A stretch of DNA of 64,000 bases, taken from Caulobacter sp. (GTDB lineage Bacteria; Pseudomonadota; Alphaproteobacteria; Caulobacterales; Caulobacteraceae). Below the pieces are notes generated by a model. That model saw only the letters and a list, made by a program, of their open reading frames with translations. It did not search any database and had not been told where the DNA came from. Shown in pieces: positions 18,354 through 29,582 of this stretch. The stretch lies in contig JAUMCZ010000031.1 of assembly GCA_032122215.1 (NCBI GenBank), positions 7,131 through 71,130 of the forward strand. The letters run 5' to 3'. Position 1 is the first letter of the stretch. The number at the start of each line of letters is the position of its first letter. The position numbers and the translations under genes are program-made.

Positions 18354-20549
18354 ATGCCCCGAACCGCGACCGCCAGCGCACCCAAGAAAAGCCCCACGGC
18401 CCTCCGGGACCTGACCCTCGACGAGACCCTGCTGGCCTCGCCGGAGCGGTTCTTCAACCGCGAGATCTCTTGGCTGGCCTTCAACAGGCGGGTGCTGGAA
18501 GAGGCTGAAAACCAGCGCCACCCGCTGCTCGAGCGGCTGCGCTTCCTGTCGATCAGCGCCAACAACCTCGACGAATTCTACATGGTCCGGGTGGCCGGCC
18601 TGAAGGGCCAGGTCCGTGAGGGCGTGCGCAAGGTCAGCCTCGACGGCCTGACCCCCATCGAACAGCTGGACCGCCTCAACGCCGCCGCCTCGGTGCTGAT
18701 GGACGACCAGCAGCGGATCTGGCGGAGCCTGCGCGCCGAGCTTGGTCACGAGGGCCTGCGCCTGCTCGACGCGCGCGACGTCACGGCGGTCGATCTTCCG
18801 GCGGCGCTCGATGTCTTCCAGAACAAGCTGTTCCCGGTCCTCACGCCCCTGGCCATCGACCCCGCCCACCCCTTCCCCTTCATTCCGAACCTCGGCTTCT
18901 GCCTGGGGCTGAAGATGAAGCGGGCCGACGGCAAGCTGCTGTTCGCCCTGGTGCCGGTGCCCCAGCAGGTGAAGCGGTTCTGGGAGCTGCCCGGCCCGGC
19001 GCGGCGCAAGGAGCGGCGGTTCATTGCCCTGGAAAGCCTGATCATCCTGTTCCTTGACCAGCTGTTCCCCGGCTACTCGGTCGAGGGCCGGGGCCTGTTC
19101 CGGGTGATCCGCGACAGCGACATCGAAATCGAGGAAGAGGCCGAGGACCTGGTCCTGGAGTTCGAGACCCAGCTGAAGCGTCGCCGCATGGGAGAGGTGG
19201 TGCGGGTCAAGATCCAGACGACCATGCCCGACGACCTGCGCGAGTTCATCCTCGACGGCCTCGGCGCGCGGCCCGACGACGTTGTGCTGATCGACGGCAA
19301 GCTGGGCCTGGCCGCCATGTCGGAGATGATTCCCAAGGATCGCGCCGACCTGAAATTCCCGCCCTTCGTCGCCCGCTTCCCCGAACGCATCCGCGACCAT
19401 GCCGGCGACTGCTTCGCCGCCATCCGCGAGAAGGACATCCTGGTCCACCACCCGTTCGAGAGCTTCGACGTGGTCGTCCAGTTCCTGCGCCAGGCGGCGC
19501 GGGACCCGCAGGTGCTGGCCATCAAGCAGACGCTGTATCGGACCAGCCAGGACAGCCCGATCATCGCCGCCCTGATCGAGGCGGCCGAGAACGGCAAGAA
19601 CGTCACCGCCCTGGTCGAGATCAAGGCCAGGTTCGACGAGGAGAACAACCTGCGCTGGGCCAAGGACCTGGAGAAGGTCGGGGTCCATGTCGTGTTCGGC
19701 TTCGTGGAGTACAAGACCCACGCCAAGCTCAGCCTGGTGGTGCGCCGCGAGGGGGAAACCCTGCGCACCTACTGCCACTTCGGCACCGGCAATTACCACC
19801 CGGTGACGGCCAAGGTTTACACCGACCTCAGCCTGTTCACGACCGACCCGGCCATGGGCCGGGACAGTGCGCGGCTGTTCAACTACATCACCGGCTACGC
19901 CCGCCCCGAGCGGCTGGAGAAGCTCAGCTTCTCGCCGGACACGATGAAGCCGGACCTGCTGGGCATGATCGCCGCCGAGGCCGACAACGCCCGGGCCGGC
20001 AAGCCCTGCGGCATCTGGGCCAAGCTCAACGCCCTGGTCGATCCGGAAATCATCGACGCCCTCTACCGCGCCAGCCAGGCCGGGGTCCCGATCGACCTGG
20101 TCATCCGGGGCATCTGCTGCCTGAAGCCCGGCGTTGTCGGCCTGTCGGAGAACATCCGGGTCAAATCCATCGTCGGGCGGTTCCTGGAGCATTCGCGCAT
20201 CGCCGCCTTCGCCAACGGCGAGCCGCTGCCCAGCAAGGCGGCCAAGGTGTTCATCTCCTCGGCCGACTGGATGCCCCGCAACCTCGACCGCCGGGTCGAG
20301 GCGTTGACGCCGATCGATAATCCGACGGTGCATGAGCAGGTCCTGGGTCAGATCATGGTCGCCAACCTCAACGACGAGGCGCAGAGCTGGAACCTGGACA
20401 GTCAGGGCGGCTATGCCCGCGACCCGGCCTGGAACAAGCGCATGGCCTTCTCGGCCCACGACTACTTCATGACCAACCCCAGCCTGTCGGGCCGGGGGCA
20501 CAATGTTCGCGACATGCCGGGCGCCCTGGCCCTGGATCACGATCAATGA
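18354..20549 (+). CDS. ppk1: Polyphosphate kinase 1
   Basis: [71 protein letters not shown]. Confidence 0.97.
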   Translation: MPRTATASAPKKSPTALRDLTLDETLLASPERFFNREISWLAFNRRVLEEAENQRHPLLERLRFLSISANNLDEFYMVRVAGLKGQVREGVRKVSLDGLTPIEQLDRLNAAASVLMDDQQRIWRSLRAELGHEGLRLLDARDVTAVDLPAALDVFQNKLFPVLTPLAIDPAHPFPFIPNLGFCLGLKMKRADGKLLFALVPVPQQVKRFWELPGPARRKERRFIALESLIILFLDQLFPGYSVEGRGLFRVIRDSDIEIEEEAEDLVLEFETQLKRRRMGEVVRVKIQTTMPDDLREFILDGLGARPDDVVLIDGKLGLAAMSEMIPKDRADLKFPPFVARFPERIRDHAGDCFAAIREKDILVHHPFESFDVVVQFLRQAARDPQVLAIKQTLYRTSQDSPIIAALIEAAENGKNVTALVEIKARFDEENNLRWAKDLEKVGVHVVFGFVEYKTHAKLSLVVRREGETLRTYCHFGTGNYHPVTAKVYTDLSLFTTDPAMGRDSARLFNYITGYARPERLEKLSFSPDTMKPDLLGMIAAEADNARAGKPCGIWAKLNALVDPEIIDALYRASQAGVPIDLVIRGICCLKPGVVGLSENIRVKSIVGRFLEHSRIAAFANGEPLPSKAAKVFISSADWMPRNLDRRVEALTPIDNPTVHEQVLGQIMVANLNDEAQSWNLDSQGGYARDPAWNKRMAFSAHDYFMTNPSLSGRGHNVRDMPGALALDHDQ

Positions 20550-22021
20550 CCAGCCATGACGCCGCCGTCGTTGACGTCGGCTCCAACTCGGTCCGCCTGG
20601 TTCTGTACCGGGTCGAAGGTCGTTCGATGTGGACGGTATTCAACGAAAAGGTGCTGGCCGGCCTCGGCCGCGACCTGAAGAAGACCGGCCGGCTGAGCCC
20701 GGACGGTTCCGCCAGTGCGCTGGCGGCCCTGAAGCGGTTCCGGATGGTGGTCGACCGCCTGCCGCCCGAGCGGGTGTTCACCGCCGCCACCGCCGCCATC
20801 CGCGACGCCGAGGACGGCCCGAGTTTCGCCGGAAGGGTGCAGGCCGAGACCGGGCTGGTGCTTCGCGTGCTCAGCGGCCAGGAAGAGGCGAAGTACGCGG
20901 CGCTGGGCGTCCTGGCCGGCGCCCCGGCGGGCGACGGCGTCGTCGGCGACCTTGGCGGCGCCAGCCTTGAATTGACTCCCATCGGGCCGAAGGGCGCCGG
21001 CGAAGGGGTCACCCTGCCGCTGGGTCCCTTCTCGTTCGGCGTCTTCCCGGACGACGATCCGGAGATCCGCCGCAAGGAGGTCGATGAGCGGCTGAGCGAC
21101 CTCACCCGCTTTCACGCCGAGACCTTTCATGCTGTCGGCGGCGCCTGGCGCAACCTGGCGCTCATCCACATGCACATGACCGGCTATCCGCTGCGGGTGG
21201 TGCATCAGTATGAGATGAGCCGCGCCGAAGCGCTCAACGCCTGTCGCTTTGTGGCCAGCCAGTCGCGGCGGTCGCTCGAGGCGGTCGAAGGCGTCTCCAA
21301 AAAACGCGCCGAGACCCTGCCGCACGCCGCCGTGGTGCTGGAACGGCTGATCGTGGCCCTGGGCGTCGAGAAGGTGGTGCTGTCGGCCTATGGCGTGCGC
21401 GAAGGCATGCTGTTCGAGGCCATGGACCCGGCGACACAGGCGCTCGATCCGCTAATCGAAGGCTGCGCCGATCTCACGGTCCGCACCGGCGCCGACGCCA
21501 CCCTCGGCCCGACGCTCGAGGCCTGGCTGGGCCCGGTGTTCAATGCCCTTGATCCGGTGTTCCCCGGCCGTGACGCCATCCTTCTGGCCGCCGCCTGCCG
21601 GCTGGCCGACCTTGGCGCCCGGCTGCACCCGGATCACCGGGCCGACCTGGTCTTCGAACAGGTGCTGCGCGCGCCGGTCGCCGGCCAGAACCACGCCGAA
21701 CGCGCCTTCCTGGCGATCGCCGCCTTCAGCCGGCACAGCAGTTCGAACAACACGCCGGAACCGGGGACCATCACCCGCCTGCTGCCGGATGCGGCGAGGA
21801 AGCGGGCGCGGGCGCTGGGCGCCGCCATCCGACTGGGCTGCGACCTGACCGCGCGCGACAGCGCCCTGCTGGCCCACACCCGTCTCAGCCTGAAGGGCGA
21901 TCGCCTGCTGCTGACCACGGATGCCGACCGGGCCGACTTGCTGCTGGGCGAACAGACCGGGCGACGGGCCGCGACCCTGGCCGGCCACCTTGATGCCAAG
22001 GCCGAAATCCGCGCAGATTGA
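20546..22021 (+). CDS. ppx: Exopolyphosphatase Ppx/GppA family
   Basis: [30 protein letters not shown]; ATGA overlap with ppk1. Confidence 0.93.
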   Translation: MTSHDAAVVDVGSNSVRLVLYRVEGRSMWTVFNEKVLAGLGRDLKKTGRLSPDGSASALAALKRFRMVVDRLPPERVFTAATAAIRDAEDGPSFAGRVQAETGLVLRVLSGQEEAKYAALGVLAGAPAGDGVVGDLGGASLELTPIGPKGAGEGVTLPLGPFSFGVFPDDDPEIRRKEVDERLSDLTRFHAETFHAVGGAWRNLALIHMHMTGYPLRVVHQYEMSRAEALNACRFVASQSRRSLEAVEGVSKKRAETLPHAAVVLERLIVALGVEKVVLSAYGVREGMLFEAMDPATQALDPLIEGCADLTVRTGADATLGPTLEAWLGPVFNALDPVFPGRDAILLAAACRLADLGARLHPDHRADLVFEQVLRAPVAGQNHAERAFLAIAAFSRHSSSNNTPEPGTITRLLPDAARKRARALGAAIRLGCDLTARDSALLAHTRLSLKGDRLLLTTDADRADLLLGEQTGRRAATLAGHLDAKAEIRAD

Positions 22022-22094
22022 CCTAGCGTAAACGAACAGGTGACAGACGCCGTAGTCGGCGTAAGCTTCCTCAAAATGGAGAGGGAGCTGCTCG

Positions 22095-23894
22095 ATGAAA
22101 CCCTGGATCAAGGCCCTTGGCCTGACGGTGCTGATCGCCGCCGCGCCGGCGACGCCGGTGTTCGCGCAGGATGACGACGACAACGCCGATGTCGGCGAAC
22201 TGGTCATCACCGCGTCCCGCATCCGCCAGGGCGGCGCCCAGGACATCAGCTTCTTCCGCGGCGAAGCCGAGGCCGGCCGCATCGCCTTCCCGGACTCCCT
22301 GACGCCGGAAGGACTGCTGGGCGGCTACAACCTGGTGCTGGGACCGCAGGACCCGTGCCAGCAGCTGTTCTGCCTGACCGGCGAGGCCATGCGCGCCGAT
22401 CTTCTGACCCGGCCGGACGACCGCGCCTTCGTCGGCCTGGGCTTCAGTTCGAACATCGACGCCTCGACCTGGTCCCGCGAGCCGTTGAACCTGGTGGCGG
22501 TGGTCGACAAGTCCGGCTCGATGAGCGGCCAACCTCTGGCTCTGGTGCGTGAGAGCCTGAAGCAGATCGTCGGCCAGCTTCGGCCCGGCGACCAGCTGAC
22601 CATCGTCCTCTACGGCGACATCTCGCATCGCTACATGCAGCCGACCCGGGTCACCGCCAGCAACAGGGCCGAGATCCTGACGCAGATCGACGCCATCGCC
22701 AGCGCCGGCTCGACCAACATGGAGGCGGGCCTGAAGGTCGGCTACGAGGCCGCCTTCGAGACCGCGCCGGCGTTCAAGGGCGTCACCCGGCTGATGCTGT
22801 TCACCGACGAGCAGCCCAACGTCGGCCGCACGGACGCCGACAGCTTCATCGGCATGGCCAAAACCGCCTCCCAGAAGCAGGTCGGCCTGACCACCATCGG
22901 CGTCGGGGTGCAGTTCGACGCTGCCCTGGCCACCAAGGTGTCGTCGACGCGCGGCGGCAATCTGTTCTTCATGAAGAACGCCGGGGACGTCAAATCCGTC
23001 TTCGAGGCCAAGCTGGACTACATGGTCAGCGAGGTGGCGCACGACATCCGCGTCACCCTCAAGCCCAACCCCGGCTACCGGGTCTCGGCGGTCTACGGCG
23101 TGCCGGGTGAGGCGCTGAACTATACCGAGGCCGGCGAGGTCAGCTTCGAGGTGCCGAGCGTCTTCCTCAGCAACGAGGGCGGCGGGCTGTTCGTGGCCAT
23201 GTCGCGGGCGCCGGGCGCCGAGAACCTGCCTGACCCCCGCATTCCGGCCGGAACGCCGGTGCTGACCGCGTCGATGACCTATGTCGACGCCCGCGGGGAC
23301 CGGCCCGAAGCCTTCACCCTGGCCGTGGCCATGCCGGCCAATGGGGCCAAGCCCGGCGCCGACCTGGCGCTCGGCCACACCCTGATGAGCGAATACCTCG
23401 GCATCCGGGAAGGCACAGCCGCCTATCACCGGGGCGATGTCGAGGGCTCCTACCGCATCTTCGCCAGGCTGAATGATGTGGTCGAGGCCAACACCGACGA
23501 GCGGCTGAAGCCGGAGCGGGCGCTGATCGGCGGGCTCTACAAGCAGACCGCCATGCTGTCGGGTAATCTCGAGGGCGTCGAGCCGCCCAAAAGCCTGGCC
23601 ATCCTTGGAAACTGGGAAGTCGTGCGGGCCGACGTCGGCATCGACCTGCGTCGTGGCGACCAGCTGGCCCTGACCGGCGAGCAGCAGGCGGTGATCACCC
23701 GCCTTAGCAGCGGCAAGGCGGTCGTCGACGAGCCCGAGGACTATGAGATCAACGACAAGCAGATCCTGCTGACCGACTCGCGCATCGTCTTCGGCTTTCG
23801 CCTGAACGACCGCAAGCTGACCCTGACCGACGCCAAGACAGGCACGACGGTGGTCCTGCGCCGGATGGTGACGGAGAAGGTCGCCGGGCTTTAG
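22095..23894 (+). CDS. Exported VWA-domain protein (YfbK / Ca-activated chloride channel homologue-like)
   Basis: Signal peptide; MIDAS DKSGSMSG, GSTNMEAGL, LFTDEQPNVG, TIGVG. Confidence 0.85.
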   Translation: MKPWIKALGLTVLIAAAPATPVFAQDDDDNADVGELVITASRIRQGGAQDISFFRGEAEAGRIAFPDSLTPEGLLGGYNLVLGPQDPCQQLFCLTGEAMRADLLTRPDDRAFVGLGFSSNIDASTWSREPLNLVAVVDKSGSMSGQPLALVRESLKQIVGQLRPGDQLTIVLYGDISHRYMQPTRVTASNRAEILTQIDAIASAGSTNMEAGLKVGYEAAFETAPAFKGVTRLMLFTDEQPNVGRTDADSFIGMAKTASQKQVGLTTIGVGVQFDAALATKVSSTRGGNLFFMKNAGDVKSVFEAKLDYMVSEVAHDIRVTLKPNPGYRVSAVYGVPGEALNYTEAGEVSFEVPSVFLSNEGGGLFVAMSRAPGAENLPDPRIPAGTPVLTASMTYVDARGDRPEAFTLAVAMPANGAKPGADLALGHTLMSEYLGIREGTAAYHRGDVEGSYRIFARLNDVVEANTDERLKPERALIGGLYKQTAMLSGNLEGVEPPKSLAILGNWEVVRADVGIDLRRGDQLALTGEQQAVITRLSSGKAVVDEPEDYEINDKQILLTDSRIVFGFRLNDRKLTLTDAKTGTTVVLRRMVTEKVAGL

Positions 23895-23903
23895 AGGGAC
23901 GCT

Positions 23904-24755
23904 CTAGTCGCGCTGATCGGCCGGCATCGTCCCTTCATGGATGGCGATCCGGCCGAGGATGCCCTTGACGATCAGGTCGAGCGCACTGCCGTCGGTGTAG
24001 TTGGCGGCGGCGACGAAGTTGACCCGGTCCTCGGCGATCAGGCGATGCAGTTTCGTCTGGTCGTTGGGCTCGGTGCGCGGGTCGTAGACGGCGATCGAGT
24101 GGCCGCCCTTGGTGTGCATCATCTTCATGGTCGGCACGTCGGTGTCGCCGTCGCCGACGAAGATCATCCGCTCGAACGGCACCGGACGCTCGTCGTCGGG
24201 CATGAAGCGGTTGATCTTCTCGTGCTCCCAGTTGTTGTGCACGCCCTTGTTGATGCGGAACAGGTACTGGGTCTTGGTGGTGTAGTTGATGCCCACCGCC
24301 GGCCATTCGGCCTCGCCATCGTCGTTGTAGACATAGTGGCTGGCGAAGACGTGCTCGAAGGCCGGATAGATGGGGCAGCCCTCGACCATCTCCTGCAGGC
24401 CGGACGAGAGGATGAAGTGCTGGATCTTCAGGCCGTAGTTGGCGCCGAAGGCGTTGATGCGGTCGAACCAGCTCATGTCGCGCAGGCCGTCGAACAGCAG
24501 GACGCCCTCGCCGTGCTTCTGCAGCATCTCCTTGGTCACCGTCAGCCCGGCCTTGCGGGCCGTCTGCAGCATCAGCTGCATGTACATCAGGATGTCGTCG
24601 CCATCGGACTTGATGGTCTGCGGCCGGACCGTGTCGTTCCAGAACTCCTTGGGCGTCAGGCCGAGCGCCGGAATGAAGCTGGTCTCCTGCATGTTGCCCC
24701 GCGCGAGGGTGCCGTCGAAGTCATAGATGATGGCGGTCTGGAGGAGCTTGGACAT
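23904..24755 (-). CDS. HAD-superfamily hydrolase
   Basis: YDFDGTL (motif I), ILSSG (II), TTKTQYLFRINKG, GDGDTDVP (IV). Confidence 0.88.
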   Translation of the reverse strand: MSKLLQTAIIYDFDGTLARGNMQETSFIPALGLTPKEFWNDTVRPQTIKSDGDDILMYMQLMLQTARKAGLTVTKEMLQKHGEGVLLFDGLRDMSWFDRINAFGANYGLKIQHFILSSGLQEMVEGCPIYPAFEHVFASHYVYNDDGEAEWPAVGINYTTKTQYLFRINKGVHNNWEHEKINRFMPDDERPVPFERMIFVGDGDTDVPTMKMMHTKGGHSIAVYDPRTEPNDQTKLHRLIAEDRVNFVAAANYTDGSALDLIVKGILGRIAIHEGTMPADQRD

Positions 24756-24862
24756 GAAGGACTCGGGGAACGCTCTAAAAGGCGGTTGCTTGGACGGACT
24801 GTGAATCACCTTTCCGGGGCGGTTGGCAAGGTTTGCGCGCCGTGGCCCTAAGGGATCGCGCC

Positions 24863-25489
24863 TCAATCCAGCCGGATCGTGGGCCCAAGATCGTCCAGCA
24901 TTCGGGAGACAAGGGCCTCGGCCGCCACATCCGGATAGGCCTCGCCGATCATCGCCAGCAGCCAGTCACGGACCTCGGCGGTCGCGACCACGTCGCGCCC
25001 CTCGCCCAGCACCAGCAGGTCCATGAGCGGCGGATCGCCCTCACCGGGCAGCGGCAGGATGTAGGGCAGGCCCACCAGCTGGCGACAGCCGAGCCGGCGG
25101 TAGAAGTCCTTGCGACGCTTGCGGATAGCGCGGTCCGCGGACGCCTCACGCTCGGAGTCCACCTCGACCAGCAGCCGGCGGTCGCCAAGCGTGTCGGCGA
25201 CGGCGCTGAACAGGGCGGCGCCCAGCCCGGAGCCCCGCATGTCCTCGCGGGAAAACAGATAGTCGAGCAGCGAGACCCCGGCGCTTTCGCAGTCGAAAAT
25301 CACCGCCGCCGCGACCAGGGCGCCCTCATGCCAGGCGCCGTGGATGCGGTAGCGACCCTGCCGGGCAAGGTCGGTGACGGCGGCGCGCGTCCGCCGCTCG
25401 CGCGCCGGGATCGAGGCCTCGTAGATGGCGAACAGGGCGTCGGCGTCCGCCCTGTCGGCCAGGTCGACGGGGCCGAAGGTCCAGATGAC
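24863..25489 (-). CDS. GNAT-family N-acetyltransferase-like protein; start codon not canonical
   Basis: IYEASIPARERR, LLDYLFSREDMRGSGLGAAL (acetyl-CoA motif A), RRKDFYRRLG; the frame stays coding-like for 62 codons upstream of the first GTG (25303). Confidence 0.75.
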   Translation of the reverse strand, partial: VIWTFGPVDLADRADADALFAIYEASIPARERRTRAAVTDLARQGRYRIHGAWHEGALVAAAVIFDCESAGVSLLDYLFSREDMRGSGLGAALFSAVADTLGDRRLLVEVDSEREASADRAIRKRRKDFYRRLGCRQLVGLPYILPLPGEGDPPLMDLLVLGEGRDVVATAEVRDWLLAMIGEAYPDVAAEALVSRMLDDLGPTIRLD

Positions 25490-25491
25490 CC

Positions 25492-26673
25492 CTACTCCGC
25501 CGCCGCCGCCTTGGGCGCCCGCCGCACCTCGACGACCCGCACCCGCGTGCCGTCCAGCACCAGGGCCAGTTCGCCGCGCTTCAGCTTCAGGGCGTCCGTC
25601 CCGAAGGCGTCCTTGCGCCAGCCGGTCAGGGCGCCGACGTCGGCCTTGTCGTCGTTGGCGATCTTCTCAAGGTCGGAGACCGTGGCGATCAGCTTCGACG
25701 CCACGCCGGCGTCCTCGGCCCGCGCCTTGAGCAGCACCTTGAGCAGCTCGACTACTGCGCCGGCGGCCGGGTTGTGGCTGGTCTTCTCGCGCTCGACGAC
25801 GGGAGCGTAGGCTTCCGGATCGCGCAGGGCTTCCTTGATGGCGGCCATCAGGTCGGGGCCGAACTTGGAGCCCGAGAAGCCTTTCGGCACCCCGCGCAGG
25901 CGGTCCATGGCCGCCGCGTCGGTCGGGGCCTGGGCGGCCAGTTCGTCCATGGCGTCATCCTTGAGGATGCGGCCACGCGGCTGGTCGCGGCTCTGGGCCG
26001 TGCGTTCGCGCCAGGCGGCGACGGCCTTGAAGACGGCCATGTACTTGGCCGAGTGCTTGCGCGGGCGCAGGCGCTTCCAGGCGTTCTCCGGATTGACGTC
26101 ATAGAGCTCCGGATCGACCAGAGCCTCCATCTCTTCCTCGACCCAGGCCAGGCGACCGGCCTTCTCGAGCGTGCCGCGAAGGATCGGATAGAGGCGCGCC
26201 AGATGGGTGACATCGGCGATGGCGTAGGTCAGCTGGTTGTCGCTGAGCGGCCGGCGGCTCCAGTCGGTGAAGCGGCTCGACTTGTCGAGGTCGATCTTCA
26301 GCATCTGGCGGACCAGGGCGTCATAGGCGATCTGCTCGCCAAAGCCTGCGGCCATGCCGGCGATCTGGGTGTCGAACAACGGCCTCGGCATGGCGCCCAG
26401 GTTGTTGAAGATTTCGACATCCTGGCGGGCGGCGTGGAACACCTTCTGGATGCCCGTGTCGCGCAGCACGTCGAGGAAGGGACTCAGATCGATGCCGGGG
26501 GCCAGCGGGTCGATGCAGGCTTCAGCCCCATTCGGCGCGGCGGCCTGGATCAGGCAAAGCATCGGCCAGTAGGTCGTTTCGCGCATGAACTCGGTGTCCA
26601 CGGCGACGAAAGGCTGGCCCTTGAGTTGATTGCAGAACGCCGCCAGGTCGGCGGTGGTTGTAATAGGCGTCAT
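25492..26673 (-). CDS. rnd: Ribonuclease D
   Basis: AVDTEFMRETTYWPMLCLIQ, KVFHAARQD, FDTQIAG, DWSRRPL, YAIADV; HRDC region. Confidence 0.96.
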   Translation of the reverse strand: MTPITTTADLAAFCNQLKGQPFVAVDTEFMRETTYWPMLCLIQAAAPNGAEACIDPLAPGIDLSPFLDVLRDTGIQKVFHAARQDVEIFNNLGAMPRPLFDTQIAGMAAGFGEQIAYDALVRQMLKIDLDKSSRFTDWSRRPLSDNQLTYAIADVTHLARLYPILRGTLEKAGRLAWVEEEMEALVDPELYDVNPENAWKRLRPRKHSAKYMAVFKAVAAWRERTAQSRDQPRGRILKDDAMDELAAQAPTDAAAMDRLRGVPKGFSGSKFGPDLMAAIKEALRDPEAYAPVVEREKTSHNPAAGAVVELLKVLLKARAEDAGVASKLIATVSDLEKIANDDKADVGALTGWRKDAFGTDALKLKRGELALVLDGTRVRVVEVRRAPKAAAAE

Positions 26674-26764
26674 GCGGCAGCTATAGCCCCGCGCGCGGGC
26701 GAGTCTGCAAGTTTTTGAACGCCGCCCGTTTCAATTATCGTTTTCTCGTGACCCGGATGCCGCC

Positions 26765-27783
<1,019 letters not shown>

Positions 27784-27787
<4 letters not shown>

Positions 27788-28422
27788 GCCGCAGCCCAGG
27801 ATCGCGGACCAAGGTCGGCATCCTGATTTCCGGGACCGGCTCCAACATGGAGGCGCTGATCCGCGCCGCGGAGGCGGACGACTGCCCCTATGAGGTCGCG
27901 GTGGTGATCTCCAACCGCCCGGACGCCGTCGGCCTTGATCGCGCCCGGGCGATGGGCGTTGCCGCCATGGCCATCGATCACGCGCCGTTCGGCAAGGATC
28001 GCGAGGCCCATGAACGCGCCCTGGACGCGGCCCTGCGCCAGGCCGGATGCGTCTACATCGCCCTTGCAGGCTATATGCGGGTTCTGACCCCGTTCCTGGT
28101 CCAGGGCTGGGCCGGCCGCATGATCAACATCCACCCTTCCCTGCTGCCCCGGCATCCCGGCCTCGACACCCATCGCAAGGCCATCGAGGCCGGCGATGCG
28201 GAGGCCGGCTGCAGCGTGCATCTGGTGACCGTCGGCGTCGACGAGGGCCCGGTCCTGGCCCAGGCCCGCCTGCCCATTCGCCCCGGCGAAACGCCCGAAA
28301 GCCTGGCCGAGCGCGTTCTGGCCGAGGAGCACCGACTCTATCCGGCGGCGCTCAGCGCATACGTCGCGCGTTCGCCATCCGGGCTTCCATCGGACCCAGC
28401 GCCCCGTTCCGCGCCAGAGTGA
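27784..28422 (+). CDS. purN: Phosphoribosylglycinamide formyltransferase
   Basis: [34 protein letters not shown]; ATGA overlap with purM. Confidence 0.95.
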
Positions 28423-28945
28423 TGCGCGCCGCCCGCATGCGCGGGGCATATTCGGAGCCGTACCGGGTCTCGAGAGCGACATCCCACGCCTCACTCTCGG
28501 CCTGCATCACCTTGGCGACGCTCATCGCCGTCATGACGTCGCGCACGACCGTCATATTGCTTTGCTCGCTCTTGCAGATGCGGATGGTCGCAGGAACCTC
28601 GGCGCGCGTGATGCCGCCGCGTCCCAGGTGTTCGAGATAGACGTAGCGCGCCTCGGGGGACATCGAGACGACGGTCGGGTTGTTGATCCGCCGGATGATG
28701 AAGGCGACGGCGGCCGCCTTGGACGCCCTGATCCCCTGGTCGGTGCAGGGGTCGTCGCCGCCAACGGCCGCGCTTTCGAGCGCGGCCTGCGTCGCCGTTG
28801 AGTCGGTGAGGGCATTCAGCGCCGCGGCATCGCCTTCGCGATAGGCGACGACAGCCTGGCTCAGCTCATTGGGCTTCCTGGCCAGATCGGCCATCTGGCA
28901 ACCCGCCAGCACCGTCCCCGCCACAGCCAACGCAATCCAGCGCAT
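28352..28945 (-). CDS. Hypothetical lipoprotein
   Basis: MRWIALAVAGTVLAG-C lipobox; GC3-biased codons; 3' end overlaps the purN 3' end. Confidence 0.6.
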   Translation of the reverse strand: MRWIALAVAGTVLAGCQMADLARKPNELSQAVVAYREGDAAALNALTDSTATQAALESAAVGGDDPCTDQGIRASKAAAVAFIIRRINNPTVVSMSPEARYVYLEHLGRGGITRAEVPATIRICKSEQSNMTVVRDVMTAMSVAKVMQAESEAWDVALETRYGSEYAPRMRAARITLARNGALGPMEARMANARRMR

Positions 28946-29010
28946 ATCCATCCCCACCTGATCAGCGCCGTCACTCAACCACAGGGACTTTAGCGCTGAC
29001 CTAACGCCCA

Positions 29011-29041
29011 AAGAAAAAGCCGGCGGGTCGCCCCGCCGGCT
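29011..29041 (-). terminator. Intrinsic terminator of ndk
   Basis: AGCCGGCGGG-tcgc-CCCGCCGGCT with an A-tract on the left (U-tract on minus strand). Confidence 0.75.
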
Positions 29042-29066
29042 CGATCTCTCTCGATGAGAAAGGCGC

Positions 29067-29486
<420 letters not shown>

Positions 29487-29582
29487 GGCCTAGTTTCTTT
29501 CAGCCCTACAAAGAGGTGGGATTTGGGAGGTCGCGGGCTTATAGCGGCGGGCCCTCCCCGCGCCAACACCCCAAAGCGTTTC

